Positions 23,136 through 36,789 are shown, counted from the stretch's first letter. The stretch: 64,000 bases of DNA from Callorhinchus milii (GCF_018977255.1 NW_024704742.1:116438001-116502000), one strand, 5' to 3'. The notes: generated by a model not told the origin, from the letters alone. Numbers and translations are program-made.

Positions 23136-25828
23136 GGAATACGCTGCTTCTGTTCTCCAACAATGATATTCTTCACCCTGAGAGCACAAAATTTCACCAA
23201 ATCTCTTTTGCAAACTGTCTTTTTATCTTTGCAACTGTATCCAGTTAAGGGGTAAAGGTCTCCCTCTCAGGTAGAAGTAAAATCGGCCCAGTCAGTGAGG
23301 CTCCCCAGTCAGGAGCATGTAGGTATGAATCCATAGTCTGCCATTAAATTGGCATTAAATTACCAGTCTCTGAAAGGCCTCTCAGACAGGCAATGTGCTT
23401 GTAACATTAGTAGAGTAGAAATGTTCATCTGACACTGGGATAGAGACAACTTTACACTTTAGCTGCCACAGTGCTTGATAATGTACTGACGCTGAATTCA
23501 AGAACTAGAGGTCTGCACCCAACAACAAATTACATTTGGATAAGGTCTTTCTCCTCACTGCTGTTTATAGGATGTTGCTGTGCACAAATTGGCCAACGCA
23601 TTCACTTGAAAAAAACATAATCACTACACTTTACAGTGAATCCTTTCAAGCTCTTTAAGACCTGACGTGAATGGCGCCTTAAAAAAATGCAAAGATTATT
23701 AGCATTTTACTAACTCTTTTGCTCCATGAACAAATATTCACTATGAAAGGTTATTTTTTAAAAAATTATATTAGATATTGCCCAATGCTTTTCTTCTCTG
23801 TTTGAATACTTCAGCCAGAAATTTCGCAGCACCCTATTTCACCTCAATCTCTGATGTAAACTTTTTTGGGAATCCAGGTTGGCAGCATTGACCCAGCGCA
23901 AAGGGAAGGGGCCAGAGTCACACCTGCAAAACCTATCAGTACACCTCGTTTCACTGTCAAACAGTTACATATTCTAATACCACAGGCAATGGCACTGAAC
24001 CATTATTTGCATCTGTGCTGGTGTAAGGATCGAGTATCATGGCCACAGGAGGGAAATTGGACCCAATTGAATCTAAATATTAGAGCAGGCCTGAATGAAC
24101 TGGGGCAACGATATTGACTAAATATCTTGTCAGTTGGACAGCTGTGTGCGTTGTTTTTGTGAACTTTTTGACCATCTGTTTCGTATTATCCCACAAGATG
24201 GTCTTTTAATCCTAAATCTCGCCTGCATCTCCCTACATCATATCTTATTCAAATTAGGATAAGCTCGGATTGTGCAGTCGGGTAATTTATCAATTATTTG
24301 CCCGAATTATCGTTGCCCGTTATTAACTCAGATTGATTTAATGTTTTTGTTCCATTAAACACGTTTTACTTGGCGCCTCACAATAAGCACAAAGAAAAGT
24401 GTTGCATAATATGGCTTTATTATCAGTTACAGAAAATTGCAATTTGCATAATATTATGAAAGATCCCTCAGGCAACCAGACCTGCCAGGGCTCCAATTAC
24501 AACAGACATCTGTATGACAATGGTAACTGCAGCAAATGGAAATTCAGGGCTGATAAACCCTATTCAGTAGTGGAATTAGATGGATAAAGTTCATTTTGTG
24601 ATGCACTTCATAACAATATAGAGGATACAGGCTATTTTTTTCCCCGGATGACTACTATCAATTCATAATGAGGGGTTTACTGCATTACACACTGGATTAA
24701 CTACATGCGTGGAGAGCCTTTATTATTTCAACACCATTCTTATTAAAATGAGCAAATTATTTAGGATTAGATTCTGGTGAATTGACATGCCTTTGTCATG
24801 TAAATTAATCTCTTTTCACAGAGACACCCAAGCTGCCAGCACCACTTTGCTTCAACATAGGCAGCACTTAAAGCCGGTGAGGAAAGGTACCACTTAAACA
24901 CTTCACCCAGCCTGAACAGTAAGCTTTCTTTCCAGTGTAGACAGAAAGGCCACAGGAAGTCATGAGCAGCATCTTAGATACGGGATAGTTGGAAGCCTTG
25001 TCCCTGAATGTGCCTAATCGCACGGCTCTATCGCGTTCATTTTCCAAAGAATTGCTGTCACCTTTCAAAGGCTATTTCTATGAATGAGAAAGTGTCCACT
25101 TGCCTTTCCTTCAGATCAGGATTGTGTCCGCGTTACTGAAGCTTAAGTCCAAGGAACTGAGTCATGCAGTCAACGCACACAGCAGGGATGGCAGCTGGAT
25201 GATGGCGTGGCCCCATTTCAATGATGTGACATTAATAGACTGGCATCAAGCAATCTTAAGATTTCCATTAGAAGACATATGGCAATGGATCAGCTATCTC
25301 TCTGCATCCTTAATGTAGATGTGGGACAGCTTGTCCCATGGTGTGAGCACATGCCTCCCCCACAAGACTTCCTGTACAGAACTTGGTGTTATTACAGTCT
25401 GTATAAAATTCTTCTTTGTCAGAATATAAATGTTTTCTCCAGCTTTTGGATCAGTATTTACCCAGTATTGTGTGCCCAGATTCATTAATTGTGATGCTCT
25501 ACTCTCACGAAGAGAATAAATCTGTTACTCAGATTTAAGCAGTGTCTATACCACACATTCCTCTGAATTAACAAACAACCAACTGAGCCAAAATGACACC
25601 TAAACTGACTGGATTACATTATAGATCACACATAACCATAACTTAGTCGAGGAACCACTTATCTGGTATGTGAATCAGTACCTATAGCAAAACTAAAGAG
25701 AAAGGAATAAGATAGTTTGTCCAGAGGAGGGAAGTGAGAATCTCACACCCACAGATAACGATGACTGGATATTAGGGCCTTGAGGCGCCCTCCCAAGTGA
25801 AAGGCACTATATAAATGTAAATTTAACT

Positions 25829-26140
25829 GGAGTCCTGTAGCTCAGTGGTTAGAGAACTCACCTCGGAAGCGAGAGACCTGGATTCGATTCCAGGCAGGGC
25901 AAAACCTTGGGCATGTTTCCTTACTCCACACGCCTGATAATAATCCTTCAAGAAAAAAATAATAAAATTGGTTACTTCAATCCACGACTGTTTGTGGGAC
26001 ACTGTTGTACACAATTGGCTGCCGCATTTCGCCCACAAATATGCAGTCAGTTCCCTTTACAGTATATTCTGTGAAGCGCTTTGAGACGTCTAGAAGATGT
26101 GAAAAATGCTATATCAAATGCAAGGATTATTATTATTATT
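25829..26140 (+). mobile_element. Young tRNA-Ala-headed SINE, full length
   Basis: Complete head, Deu core and (TTA)n tail. Confidence 0.95.
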
Positions 26141-26659
26141 TAATATAAATTGTGGTTGGAGTTGTTATTGGATATATTGGATACAGTGGCTGTGTAACTT
26201 TTACACGCTGGTTGAATGCTCTCCACTACCTCGCTCCCTCCCTCACCTTGTGCAAGGTCTATCTGAAGAAGCACTGCTTTGGCTGCACTTTCCCTCCCTC
26301 CCCCTTGGGTCCCACCTCTAGCTTGTGTGCTAAGCCAGCAGTGCCGCATCTCCCTCTGTGTCAAGGTAAATTTGTATTATATTTTGCTTACAGTATTAGT
26401 ACACCAGATAAATGTTAATGTTGCCTAGTGACTTCAGCTGATAGCATCTTCAACTGACAGCCAAATCCTAATACACAGTATTAACTTCTTTCCTTACACC
26501 TATAACTGGATGGAAATAAAAGGTGCTGAATATTTGGAATTTGAACAGTGCTAACAATGCATAATGTTCCATTTCATTCCAGTTACCATCACCTGTTCCT
26601 TTGGGGAGGACAAAAAGTGCAACGGAAATAAAATATATTAAACACTGCTGATAATAATT

Positions 26660-26868
26660 AAGTTTCCTTACTCCACATGCCTCTGTTTGCCTAGCATTAA
26701 GTAGGAACCCAGTTGTTAGTCAATCTGACTGTTTGTGGGACACTACTATGTTTAGCCCATTTCGCCCACAAAACATACAGTCAATTCACTTTACAGTATA
26801 TTATGTGAAGCGCTTTGAGACGTCTAGAAGTAGTGATGAGGCGCTATACCAAATCCAAGGATTATTAT
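26660..26868 (+). mobile_element. Young SINE long variant, headless, internally deleted
   Basis: agtttccttactccacatgcctctgtttgcctagcattaagtaggaaccc plus tail. Confidence 0.85.
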
Positions 26869-27439
26869 GATATAACACAAATATTATTTAGGGCCATCTG
26901 TTGCAATCCTTCCTGCTTAGGCTTTGTAAAGTATAAAGTTTGAGACACTCTCTTACCATTTTGACTATGTCATTGTTAATAATAGTTTTGGTTGGATCAA
27001 AAATATTAATTATTACTACTTCTGAAAAGAGATCGACAAAACCAGTACCCTTTATTATAATGAAATAAAATAGACTGATTGGCTGGAGTAATAATGACAG
27101 CTTTGTCGTTGGAGCCAGTGTGATACATGGATGATGTTTGATTGTGATAATATTAAAGCCCTCGTAATATGACAGACAATGCAGAACTGTTAGTTAACCT
27201 GGCAGGAAGAGTCCTTAAAATAGATGTCAGGATAGGTTGTGAACCAGCTACTTTACTATTAGACTACCCAAGAGGAAAATAGAAAGGAATAATCAAGGAG
27301 TTGAAAAGCAGACCCAGTAAATCACCATGCTGCTGATCATTACTGCTTGTCCCAAGCAGTCCCATCAACAATTTATTTCTGAATGTTGCTTTTTAAAAAA
27401 AGATTAGTTATTTGAAAGTATCCCAAGCACCAGCAGAGT

Positions 27440-27680
27440 CAGTTGTGCATGGAGTTAACATCAGACTGATAGCCAGAGCAGCGGCAGAGGAGCTGAGTTA
27501 CAGGTAGAAGAACATAGCTAGAAGAGATTGCAAATGTAGGGAGGTATAAGTTCATAGAGAGGTCAGATCAAGGATCTTGAAGTCAATCCACTGGGGTATT
27601 GGGCAACATTGGAGGTAATTGGTAAACAGAGCCTGATGTGGGTGCGATCACTGGTGGGAGAGTTTTGGATGAGAAGAAAC
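27440..27680 (-). mobile_element. Old L2 fragment
   Basis: aggatcttgaagtcaatcc reverse-translates to RIDFKIL-like; gagagttttggatgag to LIQNS. Confidence 0.55.
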
Positions 27681-29789
27681 AGCTGTTTTAATGTTGCATC
27701 CAAAGGATGACACCTCCAATAATCCAGCACACCCTCAGCACTGTATTGGAAAATCATCTTAGTTTGTATGAATTCCAAGTCCCAATCTGATGACTTGGAT
27801 ACAACACTGTAATCCTGTATTTCCAACCCACGCTTTGTGAAAGATGTAGGAAGAAGGTGTGCCGAGCTGTGTATGAGTTAGGAACTCGTAGCTGGGGGCA
27901 TCACTGTACATTTAAACAGTTTTGACTGGTATCTTCATGATTCACTGCAAACACAATGTGTACATTAATACTGAAATGTACTGCAATTGCTGCTGCTGTT
28001 GCAGAAAATTAATGTTTTGTATTGTAGACTTTCAAACTGTCCTGTCTGCCTGCTCCTGCTCAAGTGTGACATGATTGTGAGTCACTCTTTCTTATCTTCA
28101 GGCGGGGAGAATTTTAACTGTTGAACCAATTAACAGACCCATCAGGCGTTTCCAATGAGCAATTAAGTGATTTGACAACCTCAATACTATTTTTCAAACC
28201 CATTAAAAAAAGACATGTGGAAAACTGCCTTCCAAATTCAGGCCCATTTTAGCAATAAAATGCAAAATTCCGCATGATTTAACACGACAATGATGTTGTC
28301 ATTAGAACCAAGCAGGATTTTGCTGTTCTGCTTCTCAAAAGGAAGCCAGTCAAGAACCTAAGAAAGCCCATCACTCCCACCTTATTGAATAGAATTATGG
28401 CTACAAAATCATGAAAGTACGAATAACAAAGAGAAACCTAGCTTTAGTGGAATGCCTTCATTTTGTAATAGTAAATCTGTACTCCTATTATTTCTGGGAT
28501 TTAAATTTGCATTGTTTGACCAATTGAATATTTTGTATAGTATAATTCTTTCTATAGAAGGAATACACAATCCTATAACAGCAGACTATTTTATTCTATA
28601 TATAATAAATGTTAGTTTGACTGAAAGAATGACAGCAGGAATTTAAGTTTAACTACAGTATGTGAAGGGTTTGAGATGAGTCAGCTCAAGAGTATGCAAG
28701 TTCCATCTAACATTCTGAGGGGCACAGAAACCAGCATCCCTTTCTCGCTTTCTGAGTGAGTGCACAGTAGTGTAACACTACCCATTAAAACAACATCAAA
28801 GAAGTTACGCAAATAGCTCGCACAATGGTGGGAGCATGCTCTGAGAACCTTGCTTTGGGTGTTTACGTTCTGCAGAAGAAGGATATGTGACTGTGTTTAT
28901 GCAAGAATCTATTCACCGGCTCACAAAAACACAATCAGTTTGTTAATACAATGAAAGCCGACCTAATGAATAACCAACTGCACAAATACCTTTTACAATG
29001 GCCTCTGTTTGGACACATGAAAATTCTCTTCTCCAGCTGCTTATTAGGCCTAACGACAGACGAAGCCTGTCATTCATTGCATTGTTATACTGATCATTGT
29101 TTGTTGGAAAATCTTTTCTTTTTGATCAAAACTCTTGATTTTTCCTTTGGAAAGCGCTCAAGGAGGGGGTTAAAACCATAACAAATGGACAGACAGATTC
29201 TGCCAGCAGGAGGTTAACAAGCAGATGACAACTTCTCTCACTAAGCTCTGCAGAGTGAGAGGCAATCACTTGCGGCAGTTCAGGCCTTGTGTCAAGCTCT
29301 TTGCCCCCACTGAATTGCTGCACAATGGGATGGGATGTCTGCTTTCGATAGAGAAGAATCTAGTCAAGAGAATTATCACACAAAAGAACAAAAATAAATC
29401 ACTTAGTAATCACTGGCTGATAATATTCATGTGCACACTATCCAGTCACATGTTAAACACTGTTACTTGTGAAATTAAGCAAGGTAAATATTTAAGCTAT
29501 GATTTATAAATATTTGTCCATATTCTACAATACAGTTATCTTCAGAGGAATATTCATTTATATAATAAAGATAATTCTTCAATTTAATACAGCACCTCAT
29601 CACATCATCAAAACATTTCAAAGTGCTTCATAAGATTTTATGGTAAAGTACATTTGAAAGCAAAAAGTTTTAAATATACAATAGCTACTTATCCGATAGT
29701 GTATGTATCAGCGGTTTTCTCTGGTTGCATATATTATGTAATAACATAATGAAACCCATGTTATCGCAATGTTGGATAAAGTCCACTGC

Positions 29790-30100
29790 TATATAATAAT
29801 AACAATAATAATCCTTACATGAGATATAGCATCTTATCACATCATCAAAATGTCTCAAAGTGCTCCCCAGGATAAATTGTAATGGTGTAGTGATTTGTAC
29901 AGTATTTGGTAAGAGAATATGGCAGCCAATTTGCACACAGCAATATCCCATAAACAACCATGAAGTGAATGATAATTTGTTTCCAGGGAATTGTTGACCA
30001 GGAAGCCAGGAGAACTCCCTTAATTTTTCAAATATTACCATAGAATCCTTATAGGCAATTGGGACCCCAGTTTAACATTTCATCTAAAGGGTGGCATGTA
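29790..30100 (-). mobile_element. Old DeuSINE, headless
   Basis: Tail, Deu core ggcagccaatttgcacacagc, body. Confidence 0.8.
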
Positions 30101-30119
30101 AAAGATCCCATAAAAGTAC

Positions 30120-30440
30120 TGATGGATGCTGCATTGTCAGAGGTGCCATCCTTCAGATGAGACATCAAATCAAGAATACATCTACTTGAAGAAGTGAATT
30201 TTAAAAATCCTGTGGCTATATTTTGAAGAGGAACAACAAATATTCATTATTTTCATCCAAGAAGTTCATCAAAAACAGATGAATTGGCAACTCATTTTTC
30301 ATTATTATTTGCAAGCTATTGTGGGGCTGTTTAGCTGCTATATTTGCCCACAGAACAGAAGCTACTACAGCTCAAAGTAACTCATCGTGTGAAGCACATT
30401 GAGATGTTTCCAGATGATAAGGCACGACACCAAATGCAAT
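30120..30440 (+). mobile_element. Old DeuSINE, headless
   Basis: gctgcattgtcagaggtgccatccttcagatgagac through degenerate tail. Confidence 0.7.
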
Positions 30441-31069
30441 TTCTTAAACTTGATGATAGTGTTATTTGAGCTGAAACGGTGAATTGAATTTCAGTGGCTT
30501 TATGTTACAGAGAACAAGAGAGCAGAATTTGTTATCCGCCACAAAGTAAAATTGTACTTTTATGTTCCAGAAAGTAAGAACAATGAGAATCCTGCCTCGG
30601 TTTATGTTTTGCTGGTTTCCTAGCGTTCTCTGTAAAATCTAATCCTATGAAGTATGTCCTACCTGCATATTATCGCATTAGTTTCCAAGCAAAGTCTCTT
30701 AGCTGATCCTTCTTCAAAATGAAAACAAGAAAGTACTAAATTTCCCATTAAATACTTTAGCCACTAAATGTCTCAGTCTTGAAAGGCATTCTAAAGCTTC
30801 ACAAAATATCGAGTGAGATAAAGGATTGGATCACATTCACCATGCGCATACTTTACAACTGAAAGTAAAACATTCATTAGCGTTCTCAAATATATCCCAC
30901 CAAACAAAGTGTGCAGTATATCCCGCAACCATATTTCAAACCAATTCATAAAATAAACACAGTAAACATGACTTGCAATGGAGGACAAAATATACTTTAA
31001 GAAAAATGCACATTTGAACAGCTAAAATGTATATCTTCAATAAAGTATGTTTAATAATACACTGCAAAA

Positions 31070-31265
31070 ACAACAGCAACGACTTGCATTTATACAGCAA
31101 ACTTCATGCGGTAGTGTCTCGGAGAGTTTAACAGTGGTGGAGGTTAAACCTAAGGGAGAGATGGGAGGTGACTGTGGGTACGATCGAAAAGAAAAGTCTT
31201 CAGGGGTCATCTGAAGATGGGCAAGGAGGGGGCAAAACAGAGGGATTGAGTCAAAAGAGTTCCTG
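31070..31265 (-). mobile_element. L2 3' fragment
   Basis: caacagcaacgacttgcatttata..., gaaaagtcttcaggggtcatctgaag. Confidence 0.6.
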
Positions 31266-31394
31266 AGTCAAAAAGTCTTTGTACCCATTCTGTCACTCTA
31301 GAATTTATCAGATGCATGCTTTGACTAATTCTTTATTTTATTTACGGATCACTACACATTTCATATCCCAGCTATCCCATTTGAAGTTAGAATA

Positions 31395-31630
31395 GTAATA
31401 TAATAATTCTTGAATTTGATATAGCAGCTTACCACTGCTGTAGGACATCTCAAAACACTTCACAAGAGCAACAGTGAAGCTTCACAAAGACTGTAGATTT
31501 GTAGATGAATAAAGCAGCCAATTTATGCACAGCAATGTTCCACAACAGCCATGGACTATTTCTATCACCAATGCTTATCTGGAGGATTGTTGGGCAGGCT
31601 ACTGGGGAAAAAGTCTTTTCTGTTTTTCAA
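31395..31630 (-). mobile_element. DeuSINE 3' portion
   Basis: taataattcttgaatttgatatagc tail plus gcagccaattt. Confidence 0.7.
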
Positions 31631-33039
31631 AGTTGTATTTCTGTATATGAGATGAAAGGCAAACTTTAGATTTAAAAATTAAGAATGGATCGCAATTACT
31701 CAGCATTTTGGTAAGATTCTGGATGTACTTGTGAACAAGCCAAGAATGGCCATGCTTATTTATTTAAACTATGTATTCAGGGTTTCTGGTTGGGATTAAA
31801 GATCTTCATGTTGATAGGGAGGGCCTACCAATTACAAGAGGATTTACTCTTTGATTTCTAATAGTTACTCAATGTGACCTATGCAGAACTATGGAAGGAA
31901 TGCATGTCTGGTTAATCTGGATTAATAGGATTTGAATTGATTTAAAACCTATTTCACGGTGCTCCCTAATTTGAACCATTTCCTTGGACTGTACTGAATT
32001 CCTTTAGATCCATTAGGGTGTGTGAATGATACAGCACAATGGGTGACATCACCTGCACACAAGTCACATTGCAACACAAAGGCCATTAAGCCATTTTCAG
32101 TGGTTCTTTTGACAAGCTGGTTCTCTAAAGTGAAGCTATTGTTAGTGAGCCGTACAGGGGAAGGGGAGAAAATCAGAGGGCAAGCGGCTCAAAACAGCAC
32201 AATGCTGAGAAGTGAGGGAAGAGGAAGCCATCTATTCACTCAATGTGCTTCGGGAAACAAAAGCTGTTGATATTGCTCTACTGATTAAAGAAATGGCCGT
32301 TCACTCTGTCCCGGAATTGCCGGCCAGAACTGGGATTACGGTGCGACTGGTGACCTGACATTCGCCTACCCAAAGAATGTTATAAAGAATTAATGGCTTC
32401 CTCATATGGTGCAATATGCCTCTAGCCACCTTCCAAATAATGCAATTTCCTCAGAAATACATTCTTCACAGATTAATCAGCTGCAAAAAATTGCATTCAT
32501 ACAGTGTTATTCAGCTAGGGTAATGTCTCAGAGTGCTGTACAGACAGTGTTGGACACCGAGCAGCAGAGGGTGATTTGATTATAGGCGTGGTCAAAGAGG
32601 GAGGTAGGTTTTTAAGTCTGATTTAAGGAGGTTTAATTTTCATTTATTTTATAAAATTTATAAAGCTTTATTATCAGTAAATCTCAATTTATAAATAAGG
32701 GATTAGCAAAAAATCCAGATTTTGCACTTATCTTTCAATGGAGTCAACACACGGGCCACCATATACTTAGCAGATGCTTTTTGAAAATATCAGTGGATCT
32801 AAAAATAATAGTTAACATGACTATCACAACTGTAGTTTAGGCAATTTATCAAATATTGAATAAAACAAGTTGCTTTCCTGCAAACAAGATCACAAGTCTT
32901 CACTAATGCTATTTGTGCAAATCAGAAATCAGCATGAGCATAAAAGCTCCACTGACAGCAACAGTGCTTAAAAAGAAATGGGAGATCCAATTTTTGCTTG
33001 TTCGTTTATCTTCCTAGTTTTTATTGTGGACTGACAATC

Positions 33040-33560
33040 CAGAGCTGAGGGTGCAACTCCTTTTGGTGTCCTGCACAACAACTGCCCAAATAAAATTGCT
33101 CAATCATTTCATGGTTGTTTGTGGAATATCGCTGTGTGCATTTGCCAACAAATACCCAGTCACTACACTTGACAGTAAAATCCTTTGATGCACTTTGAGA
33201 CGTCTCGATGACATATTAAGAACCTATATCAGATACAAGGATTATTATGGTTTTGTCCTTCTGATGAGATGTTAAACTGGGGTCTCGTCTGTCTGTTAAG
33301 GTGGACGCTGAAGATCCCATGGCACTATTCGAAAAGAGAACGGAGTTTCTCCTGGCGTCCTGGACAACAAACCCCCAAATAAAATTAGTCACTCACTTCA
33401 CGGCTATTTGTGGGACATTGCTGTACACAACTGGCTGTTGTGTTTCAGCCACAAAATACACAGTCAATCCGCTTAACAGTATATATTGTGAAGCACTTTG
33501 AGCCGCCTTGATGATGTGTATAGGCGCTATATCAAATGCAAGGATTATAACTATTATTGT
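33040..33560 (+). mobile_element. Two tandem DeuSINE fragments (33040-33250, 33255-33560)
   Basis: Two Deu cores, each followed by a caaggatta tail. Confidence 0.8.
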
Positions 33561-33714
33561 TGCTTCACACTGTACACAAATAAATGCACTTTTTCTTTCA
33601 ACAATATTGTTCACTGATATGCATTTAGTGAAAGAATGTAAAAGACTCCAAGAGCTTAATAAAGGATAATGTGGCCCTTAAACAAAAAGTGGGAGGAATT
33701 TAGTGCAAGAAATT

Positions 33715-34152
33715 AAAGTGTTGTGACTGTGTATTTTGTAGGCTGAAGTCAATTTGCACACAGCAATGTTCCACAAACATCCAATGCAGTGTATGACCAA
33801 TTCTTTTAATTTGGAGATTGTTGGCCAGGAAATCAGGAGAAAATCTCTTCTCTTTTTGAGCGTCGCAGGATCTTTAACATCCACCTAATTAGGCAGATGG
33901 GACTTTGGTTTGTAATGTCTCATCCGAAGAATGGCACCATTATCAATGTAGGTCTCCCCCACCACTTCAGCAGAATCGTAAAGTCATAGAAATTTACAAC
34001 ACAGAAGGATTCAACCCATGGAATTGGCACCATCTCTCAGAGCAACTTGCTCTCAAAGAGACTAGACTGTGAGCTCAAAGTCCTGGCGTGGGGCCTGAAC
34101 CACCAACCTTCTGACTCAGAGGTGAGAGTCCTGCCAACTGAGCCAGATTGAC
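33715..34152 (-). mobile_element. Old DeuSINE interrupted by a CR1 3' tail (~33983-34060)
   Basis: Head aaccttctgactcagaggtgagagtcctgccaactgagcc; insert tcatagaaatttacaacacagaagg. Confidence 0.75.
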
Positions 34153-34605
34153 ACATAATTTTATGTAATAATTGTGGAAAATATTTAAATTCAGATTTTG
34201 TTTGGAAGCCGGTTATTTTTAAGAACTGCACGATCTTGAATTCTTTTAAATGGTGTTCCATGCTAAGGCTAGGTGGAATTCTAGGCCTCTGGTGAGGATA
34301 ATGAGCTAGAGAATATTCCTACATTGGTGAAGCGTTCAAACAAAGAGCTGGTATGTAGAACTGAATTATAATATTTCAGGATTTCTAGTTAATGCTCCAG
34401 TTTGACAAATCTTCTAAATAAAAGATCAAGCCTCTTTAAGCATGTCAATTTTGGCAGCGTCTTGAAGAAATCCCCAATGTGATTCCACTGCTGGAAATGC
34501 CTTGTTGTGTTGACAATGAAATCTAATGTAAATTGTGTACAGGATATTTCAGAACAATCTATTTCAATTTGCTCGATAAACCTCTGTATACAACAACATT
34601 TTAGG

Positions 34606-35140
34606 CGTCAGCCTGGCTCAGTTTGAAGCCCTGTTCAGAAGGTTGTGGGTTCAAGCCCATGTCAGGATTTTGCTATTCCAGTGCAATGGTAGGGGAGTAC
34701 TGCACCATTTCTATAGGGTGCCATATGGTAACAGTGCTCCCAAAATCCTGGGATTGGAAACCCTAGCTGCACAGTTAGAGTTCCTTGGGACGTCCTCCCG
34801 ACGTGAAAGGCCTCTATAAATGGAATCTTGTTGTTGTTGTTATTGTCCATCAGATGAAGCATTAAGTGAAGTCCGAGCTGCCTGTTCAGGTAGATGGTAA
34901 AGATCCTATTTGAAAGGAGAGGGAGTTTCTCTGGTGTCCTGGCCAACAATCCTCAGGGTAAATTGGTCATTCACTTCATGTAGGCTTTTTGTGGGACATT
35001 GCTGTGCACAAATTAGATGTAACACTTGCCTACAAGTATGCAGTCACCACATTCTACAGTAAATCTTGTGAAGTGCTTTTAGACTTTTCAATGGTGTGAG
35101 CGTTGAGGAGCTATATCAAACACAAGGTCTATTATTATTT
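34606..35140 (+). mobile_element. Old DeuSINE with a nested insert (~34724-34846) ending in an L2 3' end
   Basis: Head gtcagcctggctcag; insert ends aaggcctctataaatggaatc(ttg)n; the SINE resumes at ccatcagatga. Confidence 0.8.
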
Positions 35141-35972
35141 TAGTAAACAGCGTGCAAATGGATTTACAGCTTGTAGAAACTGACTGTGCATTGTACTGTT
35201 CCTAGTGTGGCATCAAGCCCAGGTAACACTATAGCCAAAATATTTTTTGCCAATAGGGGGATGTTATCATGACCAGAACAATTCATTCACTATCTACTGT
35301 ATCCTAAATAATCTTTGTTTCATGTACGGAATCATGAGAGAAAGAAACGTTCCCACACAAATATTCATGTAGGAATATTGGCGAATATCAGAAAAGACTT
35401 TGCTTATGAAGTAATGATAATGTATAAGAAACAAGCAAACAACAAACACGATGTATTCTCTATTAATGAAATGTTTCAGGCTAGGAGCCAGAAACTGAAT
35501 AAACAGATGGCTTGACAATTGTAGGGTGTTTCCTGGATGCAAATTCCTTAAACGAAAAAAACAAAGCATGGATACCAACCTCCTGCTTTTATCTTAACAC
35601 AATAAACATGGTTGAGCCAAATTGTGGGTTCTTTTGTGATCCCAATTCACTGCTAGCAAAGTTTTCTGGAACATGACAGGGTTGTGCGTGGATAGACCAC
35701 ACATCAAATCTAATCAAAAGATTATTTCTTTACAAGTGACTACTCTGGAGTTAATTATTGCTCACTTTAATAATTTTCCACTACAGATACCATTTAACAT
35801 CAGTCGGTGGAATCCTGTGCCAAAGATGCAATAGCTTGGATGCAGGCATATTTTTGAGTAAGATCAAAAGCGGCCTCTTTGAAGAGACTTCAATAATTTC
35901 AGACCCACACATTGATCAATTCAAATATGAAATAAAGGGAAGAAATTGATCTGAAAAGCTATCTAACAAGAT

Positions 35973-36598
35973 ATTTGCCCTTATTTTGTATTGAAACATC
36001 TATTCTATCCTGTGATGTGACCTGATTGTTTTGATGCCTCCATCAGGGTTGTATTTTTTACCTTTGAGTTGGGAGCCAAAGGACTGAATCAGTCTAAATT
36101 CATGGGATTGTGCAACGTACGCAAATTGGGGTGACGGCTGTGCTCTTATTCAACACCATTAGGATCTCACGGGCAATTTTTTGCTATCGGTTTATGCGTG
36201 CTCTGTGTTGTTATGTAAATGGAGTGGAGGAGACTAATGCACTGCTTTCTGCATTTACTGTTCGTAGAATATAAATGAAACATCAATGGGGTTTTATACT
36301 CTCAAATCGTAGAGAGAAATACTGGGTTTAGCCTACAATACCAGCAATAGGGCTACTGGCAGCATCGCTGTTCAGTGCTGTACAGTATTGGGTGGTATAC
36401 CATCAATGCGCATTGCAGTGGATTTTCCTGTCACGGTCACCCTAATTTGCATACATTGCACAATCCCATGAAATTGGACTGATTCAGTCCTTTGGCTCCC
36501 AACTCAAAAGTAAAAAATACAACCCTGGTGGAGGCATCAAAACAATCAAGTCACATCACAGGATGGAATAAATGTTTCAATACAAAATAAGGGCAAAT
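35973..36598. repeat. Long inverted repeat: 163-bp arms (35973-36135, 36436-36598), 300-bp spacer
   Basis: Manual alignment: 10 mismatches in 163 bp, no indels. Confidence 0.95.
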
Positions 36599-36789
36599 TG
36601 AATACAGGGAGTTAAATGAGGGCCAGTGCTAAAGGTGGCATGGGCTGAGGTTGTCAGCAACAAGTTGCATTTATATAGCGTCCTTCACGTAGAATCACGT
36701 CTCAGAGGTTTACAATGGCAGATTAGACACCGAGCAGGGGGACATAGCATTGATATTGTTTGCTTCAACAACACCTCCCTGCATTAACC

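Noticed and set aside
30791..30875. Minus-strand acceptor-like site with short ORF
   Set aside because: No homology or supporting exon chain
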